A stretch of 64,000 nucleotides of DNA from Escherichia coli (GTDB taxonomy: Bacteria > Pseudomonadota > Gammaproteobacteria > Enterobacterales > Enterobacteriaceae). The translations under genes and the position numbers were made by a program. Every line of letters starts with the position of its first letter. The first letter of the stretch is position 1. The DNA lies in assembly GCF_030013595.1 (NCBI RefSeq), contig NZ_CP122768.1; one strand, 5' to 3'. The notes under the pieces are model-generated. The model did no database searches. It had not been told where the DNA came from and saw only the letters and a program-made list of their open reading frames with translations. This document shows positions 15,656 through 25,826 of the stretch, piece by piece.

Positions 15656-17077
15656 ATGACAGATGGTATCTCAACCTCGCCACGTTGTCTTTATAAATCA
15701 AATATAGTAGATGATGTAATAATAAATAAAACAAGACAAAATGAGTTAATAAAAGTATTTTGCGAGTATAAAACCGAGTTCTTAATTTTGTTTGATGACT
15801 TTTTCAGAAGCCAGGATTTGCCTAAACCATCTCCAGTCCTTCATCATTTTTTTCAATATACTCATCTAAGAGATGCGCATTTTTATAGATGTAAACTCAT
15901 AGAACATACAGTTCAATTTTCTTTTTTTAAACACAAAGATATCACATTACTTAGATTGGATGTTTTTGATGACAGAACAAGCGAATGTCTTTCTGAAGAG
16001 ATTAAGATATATCAAGAATGCCATGAAAAATTCATTAAGTTTTTAAAGGTAAACTTCAGCCAGGAAATATACCCACAGCTATATACTCCTGAAATATTTT
16101 ATGAGGCCTGCAGAAACCTCCAGTCATTTTATGATCATCAGGAGACGTCACAAAACGCTAATTACAGTGCAATAGACAAGAAAAAAAGTTATTTTAATAA
16201 GGAAATCAAAAATCTAATTAAAAAGAATATTTATCCTGAGCTATACAATGAACAATGCTTGAAAATCCCCGCCTCATCGACAGATGATAACCAGGAAATA
16301 ACATGGCGGAATTTTAAAACTAGCAATGCGGCATATTCACAACTATGTGAAAAATTATCTTTATTTAAAAGCGTGCCCAGTCGGTTAATAGAAAAATCAG
16401 CTTACTGCTCAATTGAAAACATGATCACCAATAAATTTGATGTTGTCTTTTCTTACTGCGGAGATGATATAAAGGAATTTATACTTTTATTACCCTATAA
16501 TAAATCACTGGAGATGTATGAACTTAACGAGCAAAAGATCCAGTATTTGACCACCCCTAATATTAATATAAATAAACTATTGCTATCAAATATAACAATA
16601 GAAAAGAGCAACCTTTCATATGGGTATTATTTTGGTTGTGTATTATCCAATATATCATGTTTTGAAAGCGACTTATCAAACACCATCTTTTCAAATGGAG
16701 AAATAAATAACCTCTTCATTAAAAAAAGCAACATATTTGGAACATCGTTCACTAATACCAGGATAAAAAATTTGCGCTGTGAAGATATTATGCCTGGTCG
16801 ATGGACCACTCAACTTGTCAATAAGCACTTAGGTTACAGATATACAGGAGTATTCAAAACCCTGGCAAGTATTGATGACAAACCGTCCCGTTTCGAAATT
16901 TTGATACCATTGATACAAACTTTAGTTCGCGACAATGTAAAGCTAAATAATGATGTGTATAAAGAACTTAATAAGTTTATGCACGATTACGACAAAACAT
17001 CCCCAGAAATGAGAAAATACCTTCAGAGCATCAACGAGTGTATGCTCCTTATGAAAAACATAGTTCACCAAGATTAA
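15656..17077 (+). CDS. AT-rich island ORF with a C-terminal pentapeptide-repeat beta-helix; EspX-like (putative type III effector family) by position and architecture
   Basis: 473-aa ORF with RBS AAGGA. Residues ~305-378 (nt 16568..16789) have a hydrophobic residue every fifth position (SNLSY GYYFG CVLSN ISCFE SDLSN TIFSN GEINN LFIKK SNIFG TSFTN TRIKN). No signal peptide. As I recall, EHEC carries espX1 in this slot between rpsT and a fimbrial cluster. Confidence 0.55.
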   Translation: MTDGISTSPRCLYKSNIVDDVIINKTRQNELIKVFCEYKTEFLILFDDFFRSQDLPKPSPVLHHFFQYTHLRDAHFYRCKLIEHTVQFSFFKHKDITLLRLDVFDDRTSECLSEEIKIYQECHEKFIKFLKVNFSQEIYPQLYTPEIFYEACRNLQSFYDHQETSQNANYSAIDKKKSYFNKEIKNLIKKNIYPELYNEQCLKIPASSTDDNQEITWRNFKTSNAAYSQLCEKLSLFKSVPSRLIEKSAYCSIENMITNKFDVVFSYCGDDIKEFILLLPYNKSLEMYELNEQKIQYLTTPNININKLLLSNITIEKSNLSYGYYFGCVLSNISCFESDLSNTIFSNGEINNLFIKKSNIFGTSFTNTRIKNLRCEDIMPGRWTTQLVNKHLGYRYTGVFKTLASIDDKPSRFEILIPLIQTLVRDNVKLNNDVYKELNKFMHDYDKTSPEMRKYLQSINECMLLMKNIVHQD

Positions 17078-17378
17078 AATACTCAAAGAAAGAAGTAATT
17101 TCAGAATGAAATTGTCTGTGATAATTATTAATACACTGCAGAGAAATAAAAAACAATCTGAAGCATGCTCTGAAACATCCTACTCTGTCACTCTAATGAT
17201 GGCACCTTGCTCTTCTTATAAAGAAGGGAACAATTAAGAATATTAAATTTTCAAAGTTTCATCAACTTCACATCAAGAAATTAAAAAATTTAAACATTAA
17301 TCTAAATAATAACAACCTGATCACATAATCGGGTTTGAAAACGAGTGACCTTCCATACCAGTTAATTAAGGATGATTT

Positions 17379-17912
17379 ATGAAAAAGTATATTATTCCCT
17401 TCGTTGCGACAACGTTGATGTTTAGCGCAACAACCTTCGCCAAGGATGTCGATCAAGGAACGCTAACCATTAGAGGAGAAGTTGTTGATACAACGTGTTA
17501 CTTTGTTAATGGTGATTCGACAACAGATATCGTTGTCGAAGATGTTGTAACCAGTGCAATGAATCAACTTATCAATAATGAAATCTATACTTTAAAAACC
17601 GGTTCAACCTCTCATGACTTAGAAATTCAGTGTGACGGCAATACAGCCCCAAGTATCGAAGTGCTAGCATCAGAGTTTGATGCTAATAACTTTACGCTGA
17701 ATAAAGGAACTGCTGAGAACATTGGCTTTGCCATTTTCCTCGATGATGGAACTTTGACCAGAATGAGACCGGGGTTAAAAACACCGCTGAAAGATAATGG
17801 CTCTGGTCAATATTTTCTTAATTTAAGTGCACAATATGCCCGCACAAGTGGCAATCCTGTTACAAAAGGCTCCGTAGAGTCAACCGTAACGATTAAAATC
17901 AGTGCAGATTAA
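17379..17912 (+). CDS. fimbrial major subunit (type 1 / chaperone-usher pilin family)
   Basis: 177 aa. Signal peptide MKKYIIPFVATTLMFSATTFA. Pilin-like GTLTIRGEVVDTTC motif and a conserved Cys pair. First gene of the chaperone-usher cluster. Confidence 0.8.
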   Translation: MKKYIIPFVATTLMFSATTFAKDVDQGTLTIRGEVVDTTCYFVNGDSTTDIVVEDVVTSAMNQLINNEIYTLKTGSTSHDLEIQCDGNTAPSIEVLASEFDANNFTLNKGTAENIGFAIFLDDGTLTRMRPGLKTPLKDNGSGQYFLNLSAQYARTSGNPVTKGSVESTVTIKISAD

Positions 17913-17961
17913 CGTTTTTTGCCGGTAGCTCTGCTACCTGTATTATTTACGGAGTGATTAC

Positions 17962-18645
17962 GTGAGAATAATAACAGCATTACTGATGTCATTTTTTATT
18001 TTACCTGTTCATGCCGGTGTGGTCATCTATGGTACGCGCATTATTTATCCGGAAAAAAACAGAGAAGTTCTCGTACAGTTAATGAATCAAAGTAAAAATG
18101 CCTCTTTGATTCAGGCATGGATCGATGATGGGAACACCACTATCGCGCCAGAAAAAATTCAGGTCCCATTTATTCTCACACCGCCAGTAAGTCGTGTAGC
18201 AGGTGGTTCTGGCCAACAACTTAAAATAAGAAAAATGCCAAACAATTTGCCTCACAATAAAGAAAGTTTATTTTATCTAAATGTTCTGGATATCCCTCCA
18301 AACAACCCACAAAATGCAGGAAAAAACAAAATTAAACTTGCATTGCAAAACCGTATAAAGTTACTTTGGCGTCCAAGCGGAATCGCTCCGGTAGATAAAA
18401 AAAGCCTTTCTCAATTAAATATCAAAAAGAAAAATAACGCCATCTCAATAAACAACGAAACAGCCAACTGGATAACGGTTACAACTATCAAAGCACAAAA
18501 CGTGAAAGTTAATAATGAAAGTATCTTACTGCCTCCATTTTCGAATAACGACATTACATTAAAAAATAACCACGCATCAGAATATGAACTAACGGTAGTT
18601 GATGATTACGGGAATAACATCCATAGTAAAATCGCCGCGAGATAA
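17962..18645 (+). CDS. periplasmic fimbrial chaperone (PapD-like)
   Basis: 227 aa. GTG start with a GGAG RBS. Signal peptide, then GVVIYGTRIIYPEKNREVLVQLMN, typical of PapD/FimC chaperones. Confidence 0.85.
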   Translation: MRIITALLMSFFILPVHAGVVIYGTRIIYPEKNREVLVQLMNQSKNASLIQAWIDDGNTTIAPEKIQVPFILTPPVSRVAGGSGQQLKIRKMPNNLPHNKESLFYLNVLDIPPNNPQNAGKNKIKLALQNRIKLLWRPSGIAPVDKKSLSQLNIKKKNNAISINNETANWITVTTIKAQNVKVNNESILLPPFSNNDITLKNNHASEYELTVVDDYGNNIHSKIAAR

Positions 18646-18657
18646 CAGGAAAAAGTC

Positions 18658-21108
18658 ATGTTAAGGACGACACGATGGGTCGCTGCTATTATTTTTTTGT
18701 ATTCTTTTCCGGGTTATGCTGAAGAAACTTTTGATACGCACTTCATGATTGGCGGCATGAGAGGAGAAAAAGTTTCCGAATATCGTTTCGATAATAAACA
18801 ACCGCTTCCAGGAAACTACGAACTTGATTTTTATGTAAATCACCAGTGGCGTGGGAAAAAAGATATCACGATCCCAGAGTCACCAGCCAAACCATGTCTG
18901 CCTAAGGTGCTGCTAACCACACTGGGGGTAAAGACCGATAACCTCAATACAGAAGATAATTGTATTTTACTGGATGAAGCGGTTCATGGTGGACAATATC
19001 AGTGGGATATCAGTGAACACCGACTAAATTTAACAGTACCACAGGCGTATATCAATGAACTTGAAAGAGGCTACGTTCCCCCAGAAAGTTGGGATCGCGG
19101 CATTGATGCTTTTTATACCTCCTATAATTTAAGTCAGTATCGCTCTTATGACAGCAATAATAACAGTAATACAGCCAGTTATGGCCGGTTTAACAGCGGA
19201 TTAAATTTATTTAGTTGGCAGTTACACTCTGATGCCAGTTATAGCAAACCTGATGATATGAAAGGCAAATGGCAAAGTAATACTCTTTACCTGGAACGTG
19301 GCTGGTCGCAAATATTAAGCACAGTTCAGATAGGAGAAAATTACACATCTTCACTCATATTCGACTCTCTGCGATTTAGCGGAATACGCTTATTTCGCGA
19401 TATGCAAATGCTACCTGATTCTATGCAAAGCTTTACACCTTTAGTACAAGGTGTTGCGCAAAGTAACGCCTTGATAACGGTTTCGCAAAATGGCTATACC
19501 ATTTACCAAAAAGAGGTTCCCCCAGGACCATTTACTATCGCAGATTTGCAACTTTCGGGCAGCGGCTCTGATCTCGATGTCAGTATTAAGGAAGCAGATG
19601 GTAGTGTTCGTTCCTTTTTGGTGCCCTACTCTTCCGTGCCCAATATGCTGCAACCTGGTGTTTCAAATTTCGATTTTATCGCCGGACGCAGTCAGATATA
19701 TGGTGTCAAGAATCAGGAGGACTTTCTCGAGGCAAATTATATATATGGCCTCAACAATCTTTTGACACTTTATGGCGGTACGATTTTATCCGATAACTAT
19801 AATGCTATAACTCTGGGAAATGGTTGGAATACACCGCTGGGAGCAATCTCTTTTGATGCTACCCGATCGAGTAGTAAGTTAAATAATGATACCAGACACG
19901 AAGGTACGAGCTATCAGGTCGCCTATAATAAATATCTATTGCAAACGGCTACTCACTTTAGCGTGGCCGCCTGGCGTTATGCTTCGCAGGATTACAGGAC
20001 ATTCAGCGACCATCTTTACGAAAATGATAAAATAAATCATCAGAGTGACTATGACGATTTTTATGATATTGGCAGAAAAAATAGCCTTTCTGCCAATATC
20101 ATGCAACCTTTATCCAATAATCTGGGAAATGTATCATTAAGTGCGCTTTGGCGGAATTACTGGGGGCGAAGTGGAAATGCTAAAGATTACCAATTCAGTT
20201 ATTCCAATAGCTGGCAACGCATCAGTTATACTTTCTCTGCCAGCCAATCCTATGATGAAAACGACAAAGAAGAGGAGCGTTTTAATCTGTTTATCTCCAT
20301 TCCTTTCTACTGGGGGGATGATATTGCCAAAACACGTCACCAAATTAACTTATCGAATTCGACCTCATTTTCCAAAGATGGCTATTCCTCCAACAATACT
20401 GGAATTACTGGCATAGCCGGTGAACATGATCAGTTAAATTATGGTATATATGTTAATCAGCAACAATAAAATAATGATACCTCGCTTGGTACGAATTTAA
20501 GCTGGAGAACTCCCATCGCCACAATAGATGGCAGCTATAGCCATTCTAAAAACGCCTGGCAAAGTGGTGGAAGTATTAGTAGTGGATTAGTTGTCTGGCC
20601 CGGTGGTATTAATATAACTAACCAGTTATCCGATACATTTGCAATTCTGGATGCGCCTGGGTTAGAAGGCGCGCATATTAATGGACAAAAATACAACCGA
20701 ACAAACAGCAAAGGCCAGGTTGTTTACGACCTGATTATACCTCATCGTGAAAACCATCTGGTGCTTGATATAGCAAACAGTGAAAGTGAAACAGAATTGC
20801 AGGGCAATCGTCAAATTATTGCGCCTTACCGTGGAGCAGTTTCTTATGTGCAGTTTACAACTGACCAACGTAAGCCCTGGTATATACAGGCACTGCGTCC
20901 CGATGGTTCGCCATTAACCTTTGGCTATGACGTACTGGATCTCCAGGAAAACAATATTGGAGTCGTTGGCCAGGGTAGTCGCCTTTTTATTCGCGTAGAT
21001 GAAATTCCCACTGGCATAAAAGTTGCTCTCAATGATGAACAGAACTTATTCTGTACTATTACTTTTCAACACGTTATCGATGAAAACAAAACATATATAT
21101 GCCAGTAA
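18658..21108 (+). pseudogene. fimbrial outer-membrane usher interrupted by a single in-frame TAA (codon 604 of 816)
   Basis: ORF 18658..20469 (603 aa, usher-like N-terminus and barrel) and the region 20470..21108 are in the same frame. I read every codon from 20470 to 20761 and found no other stop. The total of 816 codons is normal usher length. Confidence 0.85.
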
Positions 21109-21120
21109 AAGGAGTTTACT

Positions 21121-22080
21121 ATGAAGTGGCTTTTATTAATCACCTTGAGTCTATATTCTTTTATTGTGCAAAGTGCTCCCTGTGCAGTGACCAATGTCGG
21201 TGAACAACGTGGAACATATATACTCAAGCCACTGAGTATGAAAGGTAATCTAACCACCGAAAAAATTGAAAACACCGGGAATATCATTGAGTGTGCAGAC
21301 TTGCAAGAGACGACCAACGCCATTAAAGTTCATTTTTTAACACAGAACGCTTTAAGGTTTAAAGTCGGAAGTCGTCATTACATTATTAATTTCCCCTTTG
21401 AATCTGACGGTAAAAAAATAGAGCTTCCAGGGAAGTTATCTTATAATTTAGAAGAAATGCTATCTGCGATAAATTTCACCATTCCATATTCTATCGCATC
21501 TGTATCAGATAGTTCTAACACCGCAGACATTTTTCCAGGAACTCCTTTTCCTTTGTTGTTCGAAATTGAAGTGAGTTCATGTACAGGGAATAATACTAAT
21601 TGTAATAGCGTCCGCTTTAATTTTAATTTAAATACTATTTTACAGGTAAATTTAATGACCTGTGGTTTTGAAGATCAATCCATCGACACTGGACGATTTG
21701 TACTGTCTCGTATCAATAATGAAAATTATCAGTTTCATCATATAAGATTTGACTGTATCCAGGGTGAGCAAGGTGAATTAGTTTTTGAACCTAGTGATGT
21801 TGAATATTACTTTGAGCCAGTGACGATACAGGATTCAGGAACCAGCATATTAAAAAATGATTTAGAAAACAGTGAGGACGGTGCGGGTCAAATAGGCTTT
21901 CAACTCTCCAATGATGGTACGCATGAAATGCAGTATGGTAAAAGCAATTACTACTCTTTTCAGCATCCCCATGAAGGAAGTAATCAGATTCCTCTATTTA
22001 TTCGCCCGCGTACATATGGAAATAATGTCTCAAGCGGGCAAATAATGAGCCGAGTCAAAATCGTGGTAATGTACAACTAA
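21121..22080 (+). CDS. putative fimbrial tip adhesin / minor subunit
   Basis: 319 aa. RBS AAGGAG. Signal peptide MKWLLLITLSLYSFIVQSA. Last gene of the chaperone-usher cluster, with the size and two-domain length typical of adhesins. Homology cannot be verified here. Confidence 0.6.
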   Translation: MKWLLLITLSLYSFIVQSAPCAVTNVGEQRGTYILKPLSMKGNLTTEKIENTGNIIECADLQETTNAIKVHFLTQNALRFKVGSRHYIINFPFESDGKKIELPGKLSYNLEEMLSAINFTIPYSIASVSDSSNTADIFPGTPFPLLFEIEVSSCTGNNTNCNSVRFNFNLNTILQVNLMTCGFEDQSIDTGRFVLSRINNENYQFHHIRFDCIQGEQGELVFEPSDVEYYFEPVTIQDSGTSILKNDLENSEDGAGQIGFQLSNDGTHEMQYGKSNYYSFQHPHEGSNQIPLFIRPRTYGNNVSSGQIMSRVKIVVMYN

Positions 22081-22117
22081 TCTATCTCCCCCACCTTAAC
22101 TTTGGGGGAGCTGCCGA

Positions 22118-23023
22118 TTAACGTGCCGCTGGGCTAAAAAGCGCAGAATAATCCGTATTGCAGATTCGCTGTACCGCCGGGTGCTGAATCATCCGCTCAG
22201 CAAAAATAGCATGGTACTCTTCCATCACATTTTCGACGCGACCAATTTCTACGACAGTTTTATCGGCATAAAAGTCATATGCATAAAGCGTTGGGGCAAC
22301 GAAGATTGCATTGTGCATCGCACCAAAAGCTTTCATCAACGCGGCATCATCAAACTCGCCGAGGATTTCTACGTTTAATCCCTGGGAGTTAAACCAGTTA
22401 AGCAATTTGCGCCCTAACATTGAACGTCGCCCAGGAATCAAAAGCCGCCGTTCTTCCAGACAAGCCGGGAACGGTTTTTCCGGTGGTGGATTTGTACACC
22501 AGAAACTCACGCCACATTCGCCAATTCTCACGGAGAACAGACCTTCCTGCTGCGTAGAATCTATCGGACAGTCGGAAATGATCATATCCAGTTTATGCTG
22601 ACTTAATTGCTCCAGCAGCATTTCGTGGGTGGATTCGAAGCAGCGAAGATGAATCGGCTCGCCTTCTACCACTGCGGCGTTAAGTACGCTACTGACCAGG
22701 CGTTTAGAAAGTGCATCAGCCACGCCAACGTCAAACAATAAATTGGATTCTTTGCGATAGTTCACGATATCCAGCATTTCCTGGCTTAAGGTGAACATTT
22801 TATCGGCATAGCGATAGACCAGCTCTCCCAGCTCGCTGGGCTCGAGGCCACGTCCCTTGCGCTTAAATAATTTGCCTTGCAGGCGCTCTTCCAGCGCCCG
22901 AATCTGTCCGGTAATGGTTTGTGGTGTCAAATAAAGCGCCTCCGCTGCGCCAACCACGGAACCTTCTTTATAGACATGCCAGAAGTAATACAAGTGGTTG
23001 TAATTGATATGAGACATGCTCAT
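22118..23023 (-). CDS. nhaR: LysR-type activator of nhaA
   Basis: An internal Met gives [41 protein letters not shown]..., 301 aa. LysR HTH. Downstream of nhaA. Confidence 0.95.
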   Translation of the reverse strand: MSMSHINYNHLYYFWHVYKEGSVVGAAEALYLTPQTITGQIRALEERLQGKLFKRKGRGLEPSELGELVYRYADKMFTLSQEMLDIVNYRKESNLLFDVGVADALSKRLVSSVLNAAVVEGEPIHLRCFESTHEMLLEQLSQHKLDMIISDCPIDSTQQEGLFSVRIGECGVSFWCTNPPPEKPFPACLEERRLLIPGRRSMLGRKLLNWFNSQGLNVEILGEFDDAALMKAFGAMHNAIFVAPTLYAYDFYADKTVVEIGRVENVMEEYHAIFAERMIQHPAVQRICNTDYSALFSPAAR

Positions 23024-23082
23024 TTCTCTCCCTGATAACAATGAAAAGGGAGCCGTTTATGGCTCCCCGGTAAACCGTCCTG

Positions 23083-24249
23083 TCAAACTGATGGACGCAA
23101 ACGAACGCGTAACCAGCTGTATCCAATTACCGCCGAAGAGATAGAACCGACCAGGATACCGAGTTTCGCCCAGTTAATCAGTTCTGGATCTACGCTACCA
23201 AAGGCCAGGCTGGCAATAAAGATAGACATAGTAAAACCGATACCGCACAGGATCCCCACCGCCATAATTTGCTGATAAGTCGTTCCCTCAGGCAGATGCG
23301 CCAGTTTCAAACGCAGCGCCAACCAGCAGAACAGACTAATCCCCAGCGGTTTGCCAATCAGCAAGCCAGCGATGATCCCCAATGGCAGAATGGAGGTCAA
23401 GCCATCCAGCGTGACGCCTTGCAGTGAAACGCCAGCATTAGCAAATGCAAACAGCGGTAAAATCAGATACGCCACCCACGGGTGCAACACATGCTCCAGT
23501 CGCTTCGCTGGAGAACGCCCATGCTTCTCTTTCAAAGGAATAAAGAAGCCGACAATTACCCCCGCCAGGGTTGCGTGAACCCCCGATTTCAACACCGCAG
23601 TCCACAACACCACGCCAACCAGAATATAGACGCCCGTGCGGCGTACACCACACAGATTCAATACCGCGAGTACCGCAATTGCTACAGCCGCGACACCAAG
23701 AGAGGCCATCGATAAGTCATTAGTGTAGAACAATGCGATGATAATGATGGCCCCAAGATCGTCGATAATAGCCAGAGCCATCAAAAAGATCTTCAGCGCT
23801 AACGGAACACGACTTCCCAACAGCGCCAGCACACCAAGTGCAAAAGCAATGTCAGTAGCCGCCGGGATCGCCCACCCTTCGCGGGTAATCGGATCGGCAT
23901 GGTTAAAGGCCAGATAGAGTAATGCCGGCACAATCATCCCACCAATAGCGGCGATAACTGGAAATGCAGCCTGGCGTAAGCTGGCTAGCGATCCTTGCAT
24001 CAGTTCACGTTTAACTTCCAGACCGACTAACAGGAAAAATACCGCCATCAGCGCGTCATTTATCCATAACAGCATGTTTTTGTTGATTTCGAGTGAACCA
24101 ACCCGGAGCTGAACCGGCGTCTCCAGAAAGTCGTGATACCATCCACTGGTTGCGCCGCTGTTGGCCATAATCATCGCCAGGATAGCGGCAATGATAAGAA
24201 TAATGCCTCCCGAGGCATCACTGCTAAAGAATCGATGCAGATGTTTCAC
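23083..24249 (-). CDS. nhaA: Na+/H+ antiporter NhaA
   Basis: 388-aa polytopic ORF (GTG start) [31 protein letters not shown].... Confidence 0.96.
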   Translation of the reverse strand: MKHLHRFFSSDASGGIILIIAAILAMIMANSGATSGWYHDFLETPVQLRVGSLEINKNMLLWINDALMAVFFLLVGLEVKRELMQGSLASLRQAAFPVIAAIGGMIVPALLYLAFNHADPITREGWAIPAATDIAFALGVLALLGSRVPLALKIFLMALAIIDDLGAIIIIALFYTNDLSMASLGVAAVAIAVLAVLNLCGVRRTGVYILVGVVLWTAVLKSGVHATLAGVIVGFFIPLKEKHGRSPAKRLEHVLHPWVAYLILPLFAFANAGVSLQGVTLDGLTSILPLGIIAGLLIGKPLGISLFCWLALRLKLAHLPEGTTYQQIMAVGILCGIGFTMSIFIASLAFGSVDPELINWAKLGILVGSISSAVIGYSWLRVRLRPSV

Positions 24250-24500
24250 TTTTTATTTCTCTTTCAGGTGAATAGATCGTTTTTACTATTTTACCCCGCA
24301 CGAATCATCGTTAAAATCAGATTATAGTGTAGGAATAATTCGCTTTTTACGATCCATTGAAGGATTTGCGTCATCAGTGATGAGATGAGTTTTTGACGGC
24401 TGTAAGCGCTGACGTGTGACCCTAAGCCCTGATAATCATAGCTTAAGGTCAGGATTTCTGAGGGATTAATTAGGAAAAGTAATAATAAAATCGCACTGTG

Positions 24501-25781
24501 CTATAGCTGTTTATTCCAGAGATGCTTGAAAATATCTAATGTTGAGACAACATTGGCAGGCGACATTCGGTTTAATGAGGGTAGAAAGGGATGAGCCTCC
24601 AGGAAGTTGATAAAACGAGTCGCGCTTGCCAACGTCGAATACCGCATTTCATTTGCTTTCTTGTTTCCTGTAAGGTTACAAACAGCCATTGAATAATCAC
24701 GGGCGGAAAATGCACGCCAGACATTATTTCTCACGCCACCACTCAAAAATAACCGCGGCGGCGTATCATAATGAGTCGTTTTCTCGCCGCGTTCTTTCAC
24801 AAAGGAAATATGGCACCGGCCTTGATGAATATGCTGTAAATTAGCCATCAGACAACCGCCTAATATAAAGCACTCGTGATCAAGGTAGTGTTGAATATTT
24901 ATAGAATATGCTTCAGTCAGTGCTCTAACCAGTTCAAAATGGCGATACGCCGGAAGAACCGGTTTCACCAGCATCCCCGGATCGTTTTGATGTAATATCG
25001 CCCGACCATAATCAATATCAAATAAGGTATCACGCCGCATAGTAAGTAACTCCTTGCGTTGTACGTGATGCGCCAGTGTACCTGGAGACAAACGCTCTTC
25101 ATAACTTGATGCATATTGATAATGCGACTCTACCGCTGATGAAGAATAATTTGTTGAAATAGCGACGACTCTACCGCTTTGTTCTTCTGCGGTAACAAGA
25201 CTATAAAGATAGTTGTTACTACAGTTAAACTTTACGCGAAAAGCGCGGGTAGATAGAGAAATATCAGAAGCAGAAGAGTACTGGCAACTTTCTTTATAGT
25301 TTACTTCCCGGGCTAGTTTCATCAACTCACGGTTAAGCCCTGTGCTATTAAGAAGTAATAATTTACGGATATCTGCAAGTGAAGCGCCTTGATCAATCAT
25401 CAATGCTAAATGTGTTCTTCGCGGCGTTGTATTTACATGATCCAGAGTGATAAAAGTTCTGGAACAATGATGACAATACATTCTCCTCTGCCCCTGAGCT
25501 GAATAGCCATACTTTTTCAGAGATGTGCTTCCGCAAGCTGAACATTGTGGAACCAACCCTCTCCATGAATGATTAACACGATTACGATAAATATTAAGAG
25601 ATCGTTCAGATATCACAGGAAACAAGTAACCGCATTCCCGACATAAAATATTTTTGCCTTGTGCAATATAATCCTGGCTATTCAACAACCCCAGGTTTTT
25701 GCATCCTGGTGTTTTGCAACAATCAACATTTACGTTGGTAAACATATTCACTCCCTGCGAATACCCGGATATTATCGTCAT
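24501..25781 (-). CDS. uncharacterised protein: two N-terminal zinc ribbons plus HTH resembling IS1 InsA, fused to a ~250-aa C-terminal domain with transposase-like (RNase H fold) remnants
   Basis: 426-aa ORF. The start is more likely Met13 at 25745 (GGGAG 5 nt upstream), giving 414 aa. CSACGSTSLKKYGYSAQGQRRMYCHHCSRTF...LALMIDQGASLADIRKLL parallels IS1 InsA [32 protein letters not shown]...IIDMAMNGVGCRATARIM. LYSLVTAEEQSGRVVAISTN, LFDIDYG and TEAYSINIQHYL line up loosely with the InsB D..D..E segments. Confidence 0.6.
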   Translation of the reverse strand: MTIISGYSQGVNMFTNVNVDCCKTPGCKNLGLLNSQDYIAQGKNILCRECGYLFPVISERSLNIYRNRVNHSWRGLVPQCSACGSTSLKKYGYSAQGQRRMYCHHCSRTFITLDHVNTTPRRTHLALMIDQGASLADIRKLLLLNSTGLNRELMKLAREVNYKESCQYSSASDISLSTRAFRVKFNCSNNYLYSLVTAEEQSGRVVAISTNYSSSAVESHYQYASSYEERLSPGTLAHHVQRKELLTMRRDTLFDIDYGRAILHQNDPGMLVKPVLPAYRHFELVRALTEAYSINIQHYLDHECFILGGCLMANLQHIHQGRCHISFVKERGEKTTHYDTPPRLFLSGGVRNNVWRAFSARDYSMAVCNLTGNKKANEMRYSTLASATRFINFLEAHPFLPSLNRMSPANVVSTLDIFKHLWNKQL

Positions 25782-25797
25782 ATGTCAAAGAAAAGAA

Positions 25798-25826
25798 CCT
25801 GATTCAATGTGTAACATTGAATCAGG
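25798..25826 (-). terminator. perfect 13-bp stem / 3-nt loop hairpin followed by a T-rich run, downstream of the sulfatase gene
   Basis: cctgattcaatgt-gta-acattgaatcagg. On the minus strand it is followed by TTCTTTTCTTT, between the sulfatase stop (25875) and the next ORF. Confidence 0.6.

Noticed and set aside
15632-17271. 13-nt exact repeat TTCATCAACTTCA just upstream of the EspX-like ORF (about 15632) and again in the spacer before the pilin gene (about 17259).
   Set aside because: By rough count, tens of exact 13-mer repeats are expected by chance in a 64 kb window, especially in AT-rich DNA. There is no surrounding extended similarity.
17078-17378. I looked for a fimS-like invertible promoter element (inverted repeats, recombinase gene) upstream of the pilin gene.
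   Set aside because: I found only a 6-bp hairpin (cttctt-ata-aagaag) and no flanking inverted repeats. There is no recombinase gene in the island.
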